Shown here: piece by piece, positions 41,970-52,753 of the stretch | Layout of the letters: each line of letters begins with the position of its first letter | Numbering within the stretch: position 1 is the stretch's first letter | Assembly: GCA_963813715.1 (NCBI GenBank) | Contig: CAWFAK010000005.1 | Location: 256,001 to 320,000, forward strand | DNA length: 64,000 nt | Direction of reading: 5' to 3' | Source: an uncultured Planctomycetaceae bacterium | GTDB lineage: Bacteria > Planctomycetota > Planctomycetia > Planctomycetales > Planctomycetaceae | Program-made: the position numbers and the translations under genes | The notes under the pieces: model-generated | The model's input: only the letters and a program-made list of their open reading frames with translations | Told to the model about the DNA's origin: nothing | The model's database searches: none

Positions 41970-43103
41970 CTATTTACGACGGGGGGCGCCGCTCGGTGCG
42001 GGAGGGACGACCTTGGGCTTGGCCGGGTCCCCGTCGGCAGGCTCGTCGGTCGCCGCTTCGATCGGAGCGGCCGGGCCGCCGCGGAGCTCGCGGATCAGCA
42101 ATTTTACCGTGTCGGCCGGAACGGCGTACGTTTCGACTCGGCCGGCCCGGGCGATGTTGACGCCGACCGCTTTGCCCGAAAGATCGACGACCGCGCCGCC
42201 GCACATCTCCGGATTGAGCACCGTATCGTGCTGGATGGCTTGGGGAAATCCGGCGCGGCGACGGCTCATGCGGCCGCTCATCCGGTTCATCCAATAGCCA
42301 CGAATTGGAGGCGTGCCCGCCGCCCGCGCCACGACGGCATGCACGGTCAGCTGCTTGCCTCCGCGACGCACGACGACGTTGACGGTGTCTCCCGGAGCGA
42401 ACTTACGCAGGAGCTGGTCGAACGACTGCGGATTATCAACCCGCTGGTCGCCCGCTTTGACGATGACATCGCCGATTTGCACCCCGGCCCGCGCGGCCGC
42501 GCCGCCGGGGACCACGTTCGTCACTTTGGGACCGGCAGTCCCGTCGGAAAGCTGCAGGCCCAGGCCGCCTTTCTCCGGCGCGATCGGTCGGCGTCCAACG
42601 CTCACAATCCCGACTGCCACCGGGAGCTCTTCCATGCCGGGCGTCGCCAGCCACTGACCGACGTGCGGATCACGTACGTCCGACCATTCGACGACCGGCA
42701 AACCGGTCAATTCCACCTTGAGCAGCGCGACGTCGTAGCGGGTATGCATGCCGGCGATCGACGCGGGAACAACGCCGCGGCCCCGAATGCGGCACTGCAA
42801 GTCGTCGCTCAAGTCGCTGGCCTTGGTGAGAATGAAACCGTCAGGGCTGACGATCACTCCGAGGGCAATCTGCCGCCCGCCGACCAGCACGGCCACCGTC
42901 GACGCGTTGACGCCAGCGACCACAGAGCGGAACGCTTCGTGGACTTGCGTGCCGTCTTTCAGTTCGCTTTCGGGAAGCCGTCGTTCACCCGCCCTGACCG
43001 ACGCCTGTGCGACCGTCGCGAAGCAGGCCGCGATTGCTGCCAGTGCCAGCCAGCGGCGCCTGGATGGCCGCGCGATTCCGAACAGTTCGAACAAAGACGC
43101 CAC
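41970..43103 (-). CDS. trypsin-like (S1C) + PDZ protein, catalytically degenerate
   Basis: DGFILTKAS, DVALLKV, PDZ GGAAARAGVQIGDVI, IQHDTVLNPEMCGGAVVDLSGKAVGVN. Confidence 0.8.
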   Translation of the reverse strand: MASLFELFGIARPSRRRWLALAAIAACFATVAQASVRAGERRLPESELKDGTQVHEAFRSVVAGVNASTVAVLVGGRQIALGVIVSPDGFILTKASDLSDDLQCRIRGRGVVPASIAGMHTRYDVALLKVELTGLPVVEWSDVRDPHVGQWLATPGMEELPVAVGIVSVGRRPIAPEKGGLGLQLSDGTAGPKVTNVVPGGAAARAGVQIGDVIVKAGDQRVDNPQSFDQLLRKFAPGDTVNVVVRRGGKQLTVHAVVARAAGTPPIRGYWMNRMSGRMSRRRAGFPQAIQHDTVLNPEMCGGAVVDLSGKAVGVNIARAGRVETYAVPADTVKLLIRELRGGPAAPIEAATDEPADGDPAKPKVVPPAPSGAPRRK

Positions 43104-43105
43104 GG

Positions 43106-44189
43106 TTATTCCCTCGGCCTGGCAGTGACCGTAACACGGAGTTGCTCTACGGTGTGATCGCGGAGGATCCGCAGCTCGACGAAGTCCCCCGAGCGATGGG
43201 CGGCAATCAGCTTCTGCAACCCTTTGAACCCGACGACGGGCTGACCGTTGAGCGCGGTCACCAAGTCACCCGACTGCAATCCGGCGCGATCGGCCGGCGA
43301 TCGTGGATAAATCTCCGTGACCCGGGCTCCCTTGGCGTCGTCGCGCCCGTCGATGCCGATCACGCTGGCCGACTCACCATCGCCTTGTAGGGCACTCCCA
43401 CCGTCGTCAGGCGATCCCAGTCGCGGAGGAAGAGCACGATGGGGACGTGCAGATTCAGGATTGCGCGGCGCCGATGCGGCTGTTGATGCCGATGACGTTG
43501 CCATTAAGATCGAACAGCGGGCCACCCGAGTCGCCACCCAACAGCGGACAATCGGTCTGCAGCATCCCCGCCAGGAATTCCACAACGCGTCCCAGCCGCA
43601 TCACGGGGGCACGGCCTTCCTGGTAGCCGCCGGGATGCCCTGTAGCGACGCACCAGTCGCCCACGCGGAGCGTTTTCATGTCGGAGAGTTTGCATGCGGG
43701 AAACGGTCCGGATTCGGTGATTTGCACTGCGCCGCAATCGCTGCCGGCGTTCACTCCCAGGGCGTGTCCCTCGAGGTGTTTGCCATCGGGCATGACGACG
43801 GTGACCTTGCGACCGGAAGCCGTCAAAACGTGTGCGGCCGTCAGTACCAGGCCGCTCTCGGAGACGATTACGCCGCTCCCCTGGGACTCGCCAACGATCA
43901 GACCGACCGTGCATTGCCGCACATGATCGGCGATGGCCTCGACGCGGGCTTGAATGGCGCGGAGGTCAGCGACATTACGCGGACCGGGCTCGCCCAGACC
44001 GAGCGACGGCTCCGACTGAGCCATTGGAGGAGCGATCCGGGCCGCTTGCGCTGGTCCCGCTTCGGCCGGGCCCACGGTTGCGCCCCAACTGGCGATGACG
44101 CCAAGGACCGTCGCCACAACGAGCCGTCCGAGGGAGCGCTCGAACCGGCGCTGCCGGCGGCCGTTAGGGGCGTGAAACGATCGGCTCAT
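43106..44189 (-). CDS. HtrA-like S1C serine protease with PDZ (frameshift ~43460)
   Basis: GSGVIV, LTAAHV, GHPGG, GGDSGGPLF; PDZ SPADRAGLQSGD in ORF 43106..43585. Confidence 0.85.
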
Positions 44190-44358
44190 AGGGATCGGCT
44201 CCAATCCCGAACCATACGTCAGCCGGCCGGATCTTGGCAAGACGTTCGATTGAACAGCGGGGCGCCGGTCCACCGGGGCTGGTTTGGCGTGCCCGGTCCG
44301 TGTCCGTTATTCTTGGAGGCGACGGGCGCACAATCGGCCACGCGCGAAAGATCCCCGC

Positions 44359-44913
44359 ATGAACGTGATTCAAACCGACATTCCCGACGTGATCATCTTG
44401 GAGCCGCGCGTGTTTCGCGATCCGCGCGGGTTCTTCAAAGAGACGTTTCAACGGAACCGCTACGCGGAGGCGGGGATCCGCGACGAATTCGTGCAGGATA
44501 ACATTTCGCGCTCGTGCAAAGGGACACTGAGGGGCCTGCATCTTCAGATTCAGCATCCCCAAGCCAAGCTGGTCCAGGCACTGTCGGGACGCATCTTCGA
44601 TGTGGCCGTCGATCTGCGACGAAATTCGCCCACCTTTGGCCGCTGGTTCGGGACGGAGCTCAATGACGACAATCATCGTCAAATGTACATCCCTCAAGGG
44701 TTTGCCCACGGCTTCTGCGTGCTGAGCGAGACCGCCGACCTCTTCTACAAATGCAGCGATTTTTATTATCCCGAGCACGAACGGACGCTGCTCTGGAATG
44801 ATCCACACGTCGGCATCCGCTGGCCACTGGAGACCGATCCCGTGCTTTCGGACAAGGATCGTCGCGGGACTCGGCTCGCCGAGATCGAGTGCTTCGAGAG
44901 ACCGCTGACTTGA
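44359..44913 (+). CDS. rfbC: dTDP-4-dehydrorhamnose 3,5-epimerase
   Basis: DPRGFF, FVQDNIS, LRGLHLQ, DVAVDLR, GFAHGF, LSDKD. Confidence 0.95.
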   Translation: MNVIQTDIPDVIILEPRVFRDPRGFFKETFQRNRYAEAGIRDEFVQDNISRSCKGTLRGLHLQIQHPQAKLVQALSGRIFDVAVDLRRNSPTFGRWFGTELNDDNHRQMYIPQGFAHGFCVLSETADLFYKCSDFYYPEHERTLLWNDPHVGIRWPLETDPVLSDKDRRGTRLAEIECFERPLT

Positions 44914-46013
44914 CCGCCTCCGTCGCTTCGGATCGCCCGCTCGTCGCTTTGACGTTGGGGGATATTGCCGGCATCGGCCCCGAGATCGTCTCGCGGGCCT
45001 GCATCAACGCGGAAATTCGGCTTTTGTGCCGGCCGGTGGTCGTGGGCGAGGCGACGATCCTTGAGCGTGCGCTGGCCCTCGTCGGCTCTCCCGCGACCGT
45101 CCGCCGCATTGATGCGCCGCCGCTCGATCGAGCCGATCAAGGCGACGAGCGACACTCTGCCATCCCCTGCTGGAATCCGCTCGACGAGACAGAGTCGGCC
45201 GCGCTGCGAGCGGTGCCGCTCGGCACGCTCGACGCGCGGGCCGGTCGGGCGGCGTATGAGTGGTTGGTCGCCGCCACGCGAGCCGCCCTCGACGGGTCAG
45301 TCGATGCGATCGTGACCGCTCCGCTCAATAAGGCTGCGCTGCATCTGGCCGAGTTGGACTATCCCGGGCACACGGAAATTCTGGCCGACTGTTGCGGCAC
45401 ACCGAACCACGCGATGATGTTGTTTGTCCCTCCGGGCGACATCGTTCGTTCGCCCCGCGGCTTGGGCGTGGCCCACGTCACGTTGCACACGTCCGTGGCC
45501 AGCGTGCCCGGATTGCTTTCGACCCAGGGGATCCTCGAGAAGATTCGACTCGTGAACGACTTTCTGCGACAGGTCCACGTTGAGCAGCCGCGGATTGGGG
45601 TCTGCGCGCTCAATCCCCACGCGGGTGAGGCCGGCCTCTTTGGCGACGAAGAGCAGCGCCTGATCGCACCCGCGGTCGCCCAAGCGGTGGCGGAGGGGGT
45701 GACGGCCACCGGCCCCGTGCCGGCCGACGCCTTGATTCGCCGGGCCATCGGCGGCGAATTCGACGGGGTAGTGGCGATGTACCACGACCAGGGGCACATT
45801 CCCATCAAACTTGTGGCCCGCGACGCGGCCGTTAATATCACGCTGGGACTGCCGATCGTCCGGACCAGTCCGAGTCATGGCACGGCCTTCGACATCGCCG
45901 GCCAAGGACGGGCCAGCGCTGAGGGAATGATGGAGGCGATCCGCGTGGCGGTGGCCCTCGCGCGGCGGCGCTGCCCGGTTCCCCAGATTGGCGAAGCTCC
46001 GCGTGCACGCTAA
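44910..46013 (+). CDS. pdxA: 4-hydroxythreonine-4-phosphate dehydrogenase
   Basis: TLGDIAGIGPEI, TAPLNK, YPGHTE, LNPHAGE, GPVPAD, AMYHDQG, RTSPSHGTAFDIAG. Confidence 0.95.
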   Translation: MTASVASDRPLVALTLGDIAGIGPEIVSRACINAEIRLLCRPVVVGEATILERALALVGSPATVRRIDAPPLDRADQGDERHSAIPCWNPLDETESAALRAVPLGTLDARAGRAAYEWLVAATRAALDGSVDAIVTAPLNKAALHLAELDYPGHTEILADCCGTPNHAMMLFVPPGDIVRSPRGLGVAHVTLHTSVASVPGLLSTQGILEKIRLVNDFLRQVHVEQPRIGVCALNPHAGEAGLFGDEEQRLIAPAVAQAVAEGVTATGPVPADALIRRAIGGEFDGVVAMYHDQGHIPIKLVARDAAVNITLGLPIVRTSPSHGTAFDIAGQGRASAEGMMEAIRVAVALARRRCPVPQIGEAPRAR

Positions 46014-46645
46014 TTCTGCCACGCTTTATCTCGTCCGCCACGGCGCCACGGACGCAAACTTACAGCGTCCCTACGTGCTGCAGGGGCGAGGCATCGATCT
46101 TTCCTTAAACGCCGTCGGGCGGCAGCAGGCGGAACAAGCGGCCGGCCTGTTGGCGCAACAATCGATCGCGGCGGTCTACGCCAGCCCGATGCGCCGCGCG
46201 GTCGAGACGGCGCAGGCGATCGCCGCCCGCTGCGGCGTCGAAGTCACGCTGCGCGACGAACTGGTCGAGTGCGACGTGGGCCGCTGGGAAGGGCTCAATT
46301 GGGACGGCATTCGCGAGCAGTTTCCGGAAGCCTACGAGAACTTTCAGCGTGATCCTTCGCGGTTTCCGTACTTTGGCGGCGAAACCTACTCCGACGTCGC
46401 CCGGCGGTCCGTTCCCGTCCTCGAGCAACTCTTGGAGCAGCACCGCGGGGAGGAATTCGTCGTCGTCGCGCACAACATTGTCAATCGCGTCTCGGTGGCC
46501 ACGTTCCTCGGCCTCGAGCTGGCCCGCGCCAAGGACGTTCATCAATCCAACTGCGGCGTCAACGTCATCCGCCGCGCGGACGGACGGACGCAATTGGTGA
46601 CGTTGAACTCGAATTTTCATCTGGGAAATGGCGGCGGGCCTGTGA
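45988..46645 (+). CDS. histidine phosphatase (phosphoglycerate mutase) family protein
   Basis: LYLVRHG, ASPMRRAVETA, ECDVGRWEG, VVAH; reads through in frame into the next gene in this assembly. Confidence 0.88.
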
Positions 46646-47239
46646 CCATTCGGGCCGTGGTTTACGATCTCGACGGAACGCTGGTTGACTCGGGGCTCGA
46701 TTTCCCTGCTATCCGCCGCGAGATGGCCCTGCCGGAGGGAGTGCCCATCCTCGAGGCGCTCGCCGAGATTCCGCCCGGCGAGCGGCTCGACGACTGCCTG
46801 CGGGTCCTGGATCGCCACGAGTGCGAAGCGGCCGAGCGGGCGACGCTGATGCCGGGAGCGGCCGAACTGGTCGCCAGCCTGGGGGCCCGCGACATTCCGC
46901 AAGGGATCTTCACGCGAAACAGTCGCCGCTGTTCCACGAGGATGCTCGAGCGGGTGGGACTCGAGATTTCGTTGGGTGCTCTGCCGCGAGGACGGTCCTC
47001 CCAAGCCGCATCCGGCCGGCCTGCTGAAACTGTGCGAGATCTGGCGGGTTGACCCGGCCGACGTGCTGTTTGTGGGCGATTATTTGCACGACATCAACGC
47101 GGGGCGGGCCGCCGGTGTCCGCACGGTCCTTTTCGCCCCGGGCGAACTTCCCCAGTATGCCCCGCTTGCCGACTTCTGCATTTCAAGCCTCGCCGAAATC
47201 GAGGCCTTGATCGACCGGCTGAATCTGCCGGATCGCTGA
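46642..47239 (+). CDS. HAD-superfamily hydrolase (frameshift ~46970)
   Basis: VVYDLDGTLVDS, FTRN, KPHPAG, FVGDYLHDINAG. Confidence 0.88.
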
Positions 47240-47590
47240 GGATGGCCAGTGGCGGGAAATCGTAGGCCGGCCGCGGCGCCGCGCGTCTTGCCGGTTGCCT
47301 CAAAGACCGCCGCGGCAAAAACTTCGCCGCTGTCGACCGGCCCGAAAGACGGGGGATCCGCCGACCTGAACGTGCGAAAAGCGGGATAGGCTGAAATTGA
47401 GGCGGTCATTAGAATCCGCCCGCGGCGATTGGCGGAAGAAATTCAGAAGTTGTGTCCGATCCCCTCCTTGCAGCCGTCCGGCTCGCAAGATTGCGATTCC
47501 GCTTTGAAGTTCCCACCGCCTGATTCGTTGCCGGCGTCGTTGCACGCAGGGCGTGCGCGCCTGTCGATCCAAAGAAGGATATGGGCCCGT

Positions 47591-48771
47591 ATGTCGCACC
47601 ATTTGGCCTCTCGACGGCTGCGCCCGCTGCGCGTTTGCGCGCTCGGTCTGGCGGTGGTCTTCATGGCGATCGGCTTGCGGCTTTTTGCACAAGATCGAGA
47701 CGTGGATCCGGACATCGCGCCGGCGCGCGCGTCGCCCGCCCCAGGCTGCCTCGTCCCGAAATGCACGTCGAGCCGGTCGACCCGGAGGTTGAGCACCTGC
47801 TCTTCGAATGGTCGGAGCACACGAAGCGGATCAAAACGCTCGCGGGCAAACACTACCGGTCGACCCGCGATTACCAGTATGGCGTCGAATCGCTCGCCGA
47901 GGGTAAGTTCTTCGTCGAGATGCCCGACAAGGGTCGGATCGACGTTGGTAAGTACACGGCGGAGAGTCCCAAGCCAGGAATTGTGAAGACCTATCCGGCC
48001 CCGAACGGCAAGAATGTCAAACTGACGGTCAAAATGGACCAGAAGCGCGAAAAATGGATTTGCGACGGGCGCGTGGTGCGCGTGGTCGACGATAGCCGCA
48101 GCACTTATGAAGAATTGCCCATTCCCCCGAGCCAGCAGGGGGCGAACATGATTGATGGACCGCTTCCGTTCCTGCTCGGCATGCCCCCGGAAAAGGCGAA
48201 GGCGCGGTATCACTTCAAGATTCTGAAAGACGTTAACGTCGGCCCCGGACACGTCTGGATCGAGGTGACGCCAAAGTCCGCCATGGACGCCGCTGAATGG
48301 GTGCGGGCCTACGTCCTGCTCAACCTCAGTACGTATCTGCCCGACCGCGTCAGCCTGTTCAATCCGGCGGGAACCACTGAGACGGTCTACATCTTTCGCG
48401 ATATCGAAACCAAACGGAGCCTATTGCAGAACGTCTTCGGCGGCGATCCTTTTCGACCGAATCTTTTTGGCTACAAACGCGAGGTCCATGCACCGCCAGC
48501 AGGCGACCCCACGAAATTCGTGGAATCGCCCGGCCGGCCGATGCCCCACTTTATCGGCGACTCGAGCGACGAGGCATTGCGGAAGACCAAGCAACTCAAG
48601 GACGAGCGCTACCGCGTTGAATTTAAACGCGGCCCCCGTGCGTCTTCGCAAGAGCAGGAGTTCCACATCGAAGCCCAAGATCCGCCGCCGGAGACACCGC
48701 TCAGGCAGGGGCAGACCATTGTGCTGAGATATTACGACAAAGTTCGGCCGGGCGATCAACAGCAGCGATGA
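47591..48771 (+). CDS. TIGR03009-like planctomycete protein (LolA-like) with C-terminal PASTA-like domain (frameshift ~47740)
   Basis: signal peptide in ORF 47429..47986; PDKGRID, WICDG, GPLPFLLGM, RYHF; QDPPPET..GQTIVL. Confidence 0.7.
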
Positions 48772-48847
48772 GCGTCGAGGCGTCGCGCTTGTGATCGCGC
48801 ACGTCCGCACGGTAGTCTAGCGCTCTCCCTGGGGAAGGCGCACGTGC

Positions 48848-49444
48848 ATGGGCGATCCGACCGACAGACTGTCCGCGTCCACGTCGCCGCCGGAACCTCC
48901 TTCCGCAGTGACCGTCCCGCCAGAGCCGACTCCCAAAGCTTCTCCGGCTCCTCCGACTTCGCGGCCACCCGCCGGCCCGCCGATCGACGAAACCGTCGAA
49001 TCGCATTTCTGGCTCACACGCAGCGATCAGCTCATCTTTGGACTGCTGTCGCTTGTGGCGATCGTGCTTCTGATCGTGCACTGGATTCGTTTGAGTCATT
49101 GGGGCACTCAAACCGTCGAGATCGAGCGGCTGCCTGCCCGCCAGGCCGAGTTTCGGCTCGACGCCAACGCAGCGACCTGGGTCGAGTGGAGCCAGATTCA
49201 GGGCATTGGCGATGGACTCGCGCGACGGATCGTGGCCGATCGCGAGCAAAACGGTCCCTTCAGCTCCGTCGACGACCTCGGCCGCGTGAAAGGCATTGGC
49301 CCCAAGACGCTGGAGCATCTGCGACCGTGGGTGCGCGTCGACGGCGAGCCGGCGCCGACTGAGCCGCCACCAAAGCGGAAGCGATCCCGGTCGCGCACGA
49401 AGGCCACGCCCAAGCCGGCGGAAAGCGACGCGTCGGCCGAGTGA
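48848..49444 (+). CDS. ComEA-like helix-hairpin-helix DNA-binding protein
   Basis: LDANAAT, IQGIGDGLARRIV, GPFSSVDDLGRVKGIGPKTLE. Confidence 0.88.
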   Translation: MGDPTDRLSASTSPPEPPSAVTVPPEPTPKASPAPPTSRPPAGPPIDETVESHFWLTRSDQLIFGLLSLVAIVLLIVHWIRLSHWGTQTVEIERLPARQAEFRLDANAATWVEWSQIQGIGDGLARRIVADREQNGPFSSVDDLGRVKGIGPKTLEHLRPWVRVDGEPAPTEPPPKRKRSRSRTKATPKPAESDASAE

Positions 49445-49654
49445 CAGATCGCCAATGTGAGTCTGGCGGCGGGGACAAGATCGCGCTTACGGGCATCGGA
49501 TTTGCCGCCGTTTCTTTCCCGCACGGCCCTGCAGATGCCCTTGATCGACCTCCGCAGGTGCACTAACATCCCGCGCCCTCGCAGTTTGCAGATTTGAAAT
49601 CTCCGCCGAGTGGCTCTGCTCGAGCGTCGCTCGTTGCCGTGCAAGGATGCAATC

Positions 49655-51823
49655 ATGGATGCCGGCCGTCCCGGTGCGCACCGACTCCGTTTCGATTTTC
49701 CCGAATCCCCGATTATGTCTTCCGGGCCCACGTTCGACCCGGGAGTCATGGAAATCATGGGATGCCAGGAGGAACGGCTCGTCGAAGCGGTCGCCCGCAC
49801 GCGCGACCATCTTCTGTCCGTGCAGCACGAGGACGGGTATTGGGTCGGCGAGCTGGAAGGGGACACGATTCTCGAGTCGGAATACATTCTGCTCTTGGCT
49901 TATCTCGGTCGCGAACACTCCGACGTCGCCCGCAAAGCGGCCAATTACATTCTGAAGCAGCAACTGCCCAGCGGCGGCTGGGCCGTCTACGCGGGCGGAC
50001 CGCTCGAAATCAGCGCGTCCGTCAAAGCCTATTTCGCGCTGAAAGTCACCGGTCATCGGCCCGATGAGCCCGACATGGTGCGGGCTCGCCAAGCCATCCT
50101 CGCCGCCGGCGGCGCGGAGAAGATCAACAGCTTCACGCGGTACTACCTGGCCCTGTTGGGAATTCTCAGCTACGCGCAGTGCCCGGCCGTCCCGCCCGAA
50201 GTGATCCTCTTGCCCAAGTGGATGCCGTTCAACATCTACGAGATGTCGGCCTGGTCGCGGACGATCCTGATTCCGCTCTCGATCCTGTGGGCGTATAAGC
50301 CGTGTCGAAAACTGCCCGCCGACCTGGGCATTAGCGAGCTGTTTCGGACCCGGCCCGAAGATTTGCCCGTGACGATGCCGCGGTCCGAGCAAGTCGATCA
50401 GATCCGCAAGCCGACACGAATCGACTGGCACCGCTTCTTCGCTCACTGCGACCGCACGCTGAAAACGATCGATCGCTTCCGGCTGACTCCGCTGCGCTCG
50501 ATTGCCGTTCGCCGTGCAGAGCGGTGGATGTGCGACCGCTTTGCCGGCAGCGACGGATTGGGCGCGATCTTTCCGCCCATCATCTGGAGCATTGTCGCCC
50601 TCAAGTGCCTGGGACATGCAGAAGACTCACAAGTGGTGCAAAGCGCGCTGCACGAGCTCGAAAAGCTGTCGATCGAAGAGGGAGACACGATCCGTCTGCA
50701 GCCCTGCAAATCTCCGATCTGGGACACGGCCATCTCGGTGATCGCGCTGCGTGACGCGGGGGTGTCGGCTGATCATCCGGCGATTCGACGGGCTGTGCAG
50801 TGGCTGCTCGCGAACGAGATTCGCCGCGAGGGGGATTGGGCGCAGCGGAATCGGAAGATCGACCCGAGCGGATGGGCGTTCGAGTTCAACAACGAGTTTT
50901 ATCCCGACGTCGACGACACATGCATGGTGCTGATGGCGCTCTGCCGTTCGCTCCCCAGCATCGGCAGCCGCAACTGGCGGGCCGATTTTCTGCTGGGCAA
51001 TTGGAGCCCGCATCCGAATGACAAGGATGCCGCCGCCATCGTTTCAGCGCGGGGTCAATCGTCCGCCCAGGCGTTTCAGCAGGTCGAGGCGGCCGCGCCG
51101 CAGCTCAACGCCATCTGGCGGGGCACGCGCTGGCTGTTCGGGATGCAGGGACGCGACGGCGGCTTCGGCGCCTTCGATCCCGATAACACGCGTGAGATCT
51201 TCACGCAGGTCCCCTTCGCCGACCACAACGCGATGATCGACCCCAGCACGGCGGACCTGACGGGACGCATGCTCGAATTGTGCGGCGACCTGAAGATCGG
51301 CAAGGATCATCCGGCCATCCGCCGCGCGATCGAGTTCGTTTGGAACACTCAGGAGGCCGATCATGCGTGGTACGGCCGCTGGGGTGTCAACTACATCTAC
51401 GGCACGTGGCAGGCGCTGATGGGGCTGGCAGCGATCGGCGTGCCCACGCATGACGCCCGCATTCGGCTGGCGGCCGACTGGCTGCGAACCAAACAACAGG
51501 GCGACGGCGGCTGGGGCGAGACGCCGCGGAGCTACGACGAGCCGAAGCTGCGGGGCGTCGGGCCGACCACGGCCTCGCAAACGGCCTGGGCGCTAATGGG
51601 GCTGATGGCGGCCGGCGACGTCGAGCGCGAATCGGTCCGCCGCGGCGTCGACTACCTGCTTGACGCGCAGAATACCGACGGTACCTGGGACGAACCTTGG
51701 TGGACGGGCACCGGTTTCCCGAAGGTGTTCTACCTGCGGTACCACCTCTACCCGGTTTACTTCCCGCTGATGGCGCTGGCCCGCTACGCGCGGCTGGCGT
51801 CACGCGAAGAGACGGTTCGCTAA
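49655..51823 (+). CDS. shc: squalene-hopene cyclase
   Basis: QHEDGYWVGELE, SPIWDT, GWAFEFNNEFYPDVDDT (DxDD), WYGRWGVNYIYGT, QW repeats, TGTGFPKVFYLRY; start uncertain. Confidence 0.95.
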   Translation: MDAGRPGAHRLRFDFPESPIMSSGPTFDPGVMEIMGCQEERLVEAVARTRDHLLSVQHEDGYWVGELEGDTILESEYILLLAYLGREHSDVARKAANYILKQQLPSGGWAVYAGGPLEISASVKAYFALKVTGHRPDEPDMVRARQAILAAGGAEKINSFTRYYLALLGILSYAQCPAVPPEVILLPKWMPFNIYEMSAWSRTILIPLSILWAYKPCRKLPADLGISELFRTRPEDLPVTMPRSEQVDQIRKPTRIDWHRFFAHCDRTLKTIDRFRLTPLRSIAVRRAERWMCDRFAGSDGLGAIFPPIIWSIVALKCLGHAEDSQVVQSALHELEKLSIEEGDTIRLQPCKSPIWDTAISVIALRDAGVSADHPAIRRAVQWLLANEIRREGDWAQRNRKIDPSGWAFEFNNEFYPDVDDTCMVLMALCRSLPSIGSRNWRADFLLGNWSPHPNDKDAAAIVSARGQSSAQAFQQVEAAAPQLNAIWRGTRWLFGMQGRDGGFGAFDPDNTREIFTQVPFADHNAMIDPSTADLTGRMLELCGDLKIGKDHPAIRRAIEFVWNTQEADHAWYGRWGVNYIYGTWQALMGLAAIGVPTHDARIRLAADWLRTKQQGDGGWGETPRSYDEPKLRGVGPTTASQTAWALMGLMAAGDVERESVRRGVDYLLDAQNTDGTWDEPWWTGTGFPKVFYLRYHLYPVYFPLMALARYARLASREETVR

Positions 51824-51842
51824 AGAGCCGCGGAATTGCTGT

Positions 51843-52679
51843 TCACTTCTTGGGGCCGTGCAGCCCCATCTCCCGCAGCAGCTTGAGCACGGTTTCGGGA
51901 TTGTCGGTCTGGATCGCGTCGACGCCCATCTCGACCGCGTGTTTGATGCCGGCCGGGTTATCGAGATTTCGCTCGTTGTCCACCCAGACCTGACAGCCCG
52001 CTTTGTGGGCCGCTTCGACCTCCGGCACCGTCCACTCCGTGATCGAGCCATCGAGCGTTTCCGGCTTGAGGCTTTTGGCCAAGGCTTCGATCGCCTCGCT
52101 CGAGCGAGGATGACCCGGCATGATCCATACGCTCGGCGCTAGCCGCTTGTACTCGCGCAGCGTGGCGGGCGACCCGTTGTAGACCACCACGTCTTTCAGC
52201 ATGCCGTGCTTTTCGATGAGCGCGAGAACTTCCGCCGGCGGAGCTTTCTTGTGATCGACGTAGAGTCTCATCCGACCCTTGGCGTGCTCGAGGATCTCGT
52301 CGAAGGTCGGGATCTTTTGCCCGCCCGGCGCGAGGGACCGGCCGCGGATGTCGAACTTATGAATCTCGTCGTAGGTCAGGTCTTCGATTTTCCCTTTGCC
52401 GTTGGTCATGCGGTTGATGCTCGCGTCGTGCATCAGGATGAGCACCCCGTCCTTCGTTCGTCGCACATCGAGCTCGACATAGTCGACGCCCAGCTCGATC
52501 GCCTTTTCGAGCGAAGCGATCGTATTTTCCGGGACCGTTTTATGAGCACCGCGATGGGCGATGACGAGAACCGTTTTGTGCGTCGGCCCGTCCGCGGCAA
52601 ATGCCGTTCGCGTGGGGCTAGCCGTCGGCACCCCGAGCACAGCCAGCGTGAGGGTTGTCGCGACGAGATTCCGGATCAT
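51843..52679 (-). CDS. glycerophosphodiester phosphodiesterase
   Basis: IAHRGA, PENTIAS, VELDVRRTKDG, MHD, GVDAIQTD. Confidence 0.92.
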   Translation of the reverse strand: MIRNLVATTLTLAVLGVPTASPTRTAFAADGPTHKTVLVIAHRGAHKTVPENTIASLEKAIELGVDYVELDVRRTKDGVLILMHDASINRMTNGKGKIEDLTYDEIHKFDIRGRSLAPGGQKIPTFDEILEHAKGRMRLYVDHKKAPPAEVLALIEKHGMLKDVVVYNGSPATLREYKRLAPSVWIMPGHPRSSEAIEALAKSLKPETLDGSITEWTVPEVEAAHKAGCQVWVDNERNLDNPAGIKHAVEMGVDAIQTDNPETVLKLLREMGLHGPKK

Positions 52680-52753
52680 TGGCGGGCTCCGTTCGACTGT
52701 CCTGGTGTAATTCTTGGCGTGTGATTCTTGGTTGGTTGGTTGCGGCAGCCGGC

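Noticed and set aside
45988..47239. Apparent histidine phosphatase-HAD fusion protein
   Set aside because: The junction contains GTGA (46642-46645), the classic start/stop overlap. One missing base upstream would create the fusion, and indels are common in this assembly.
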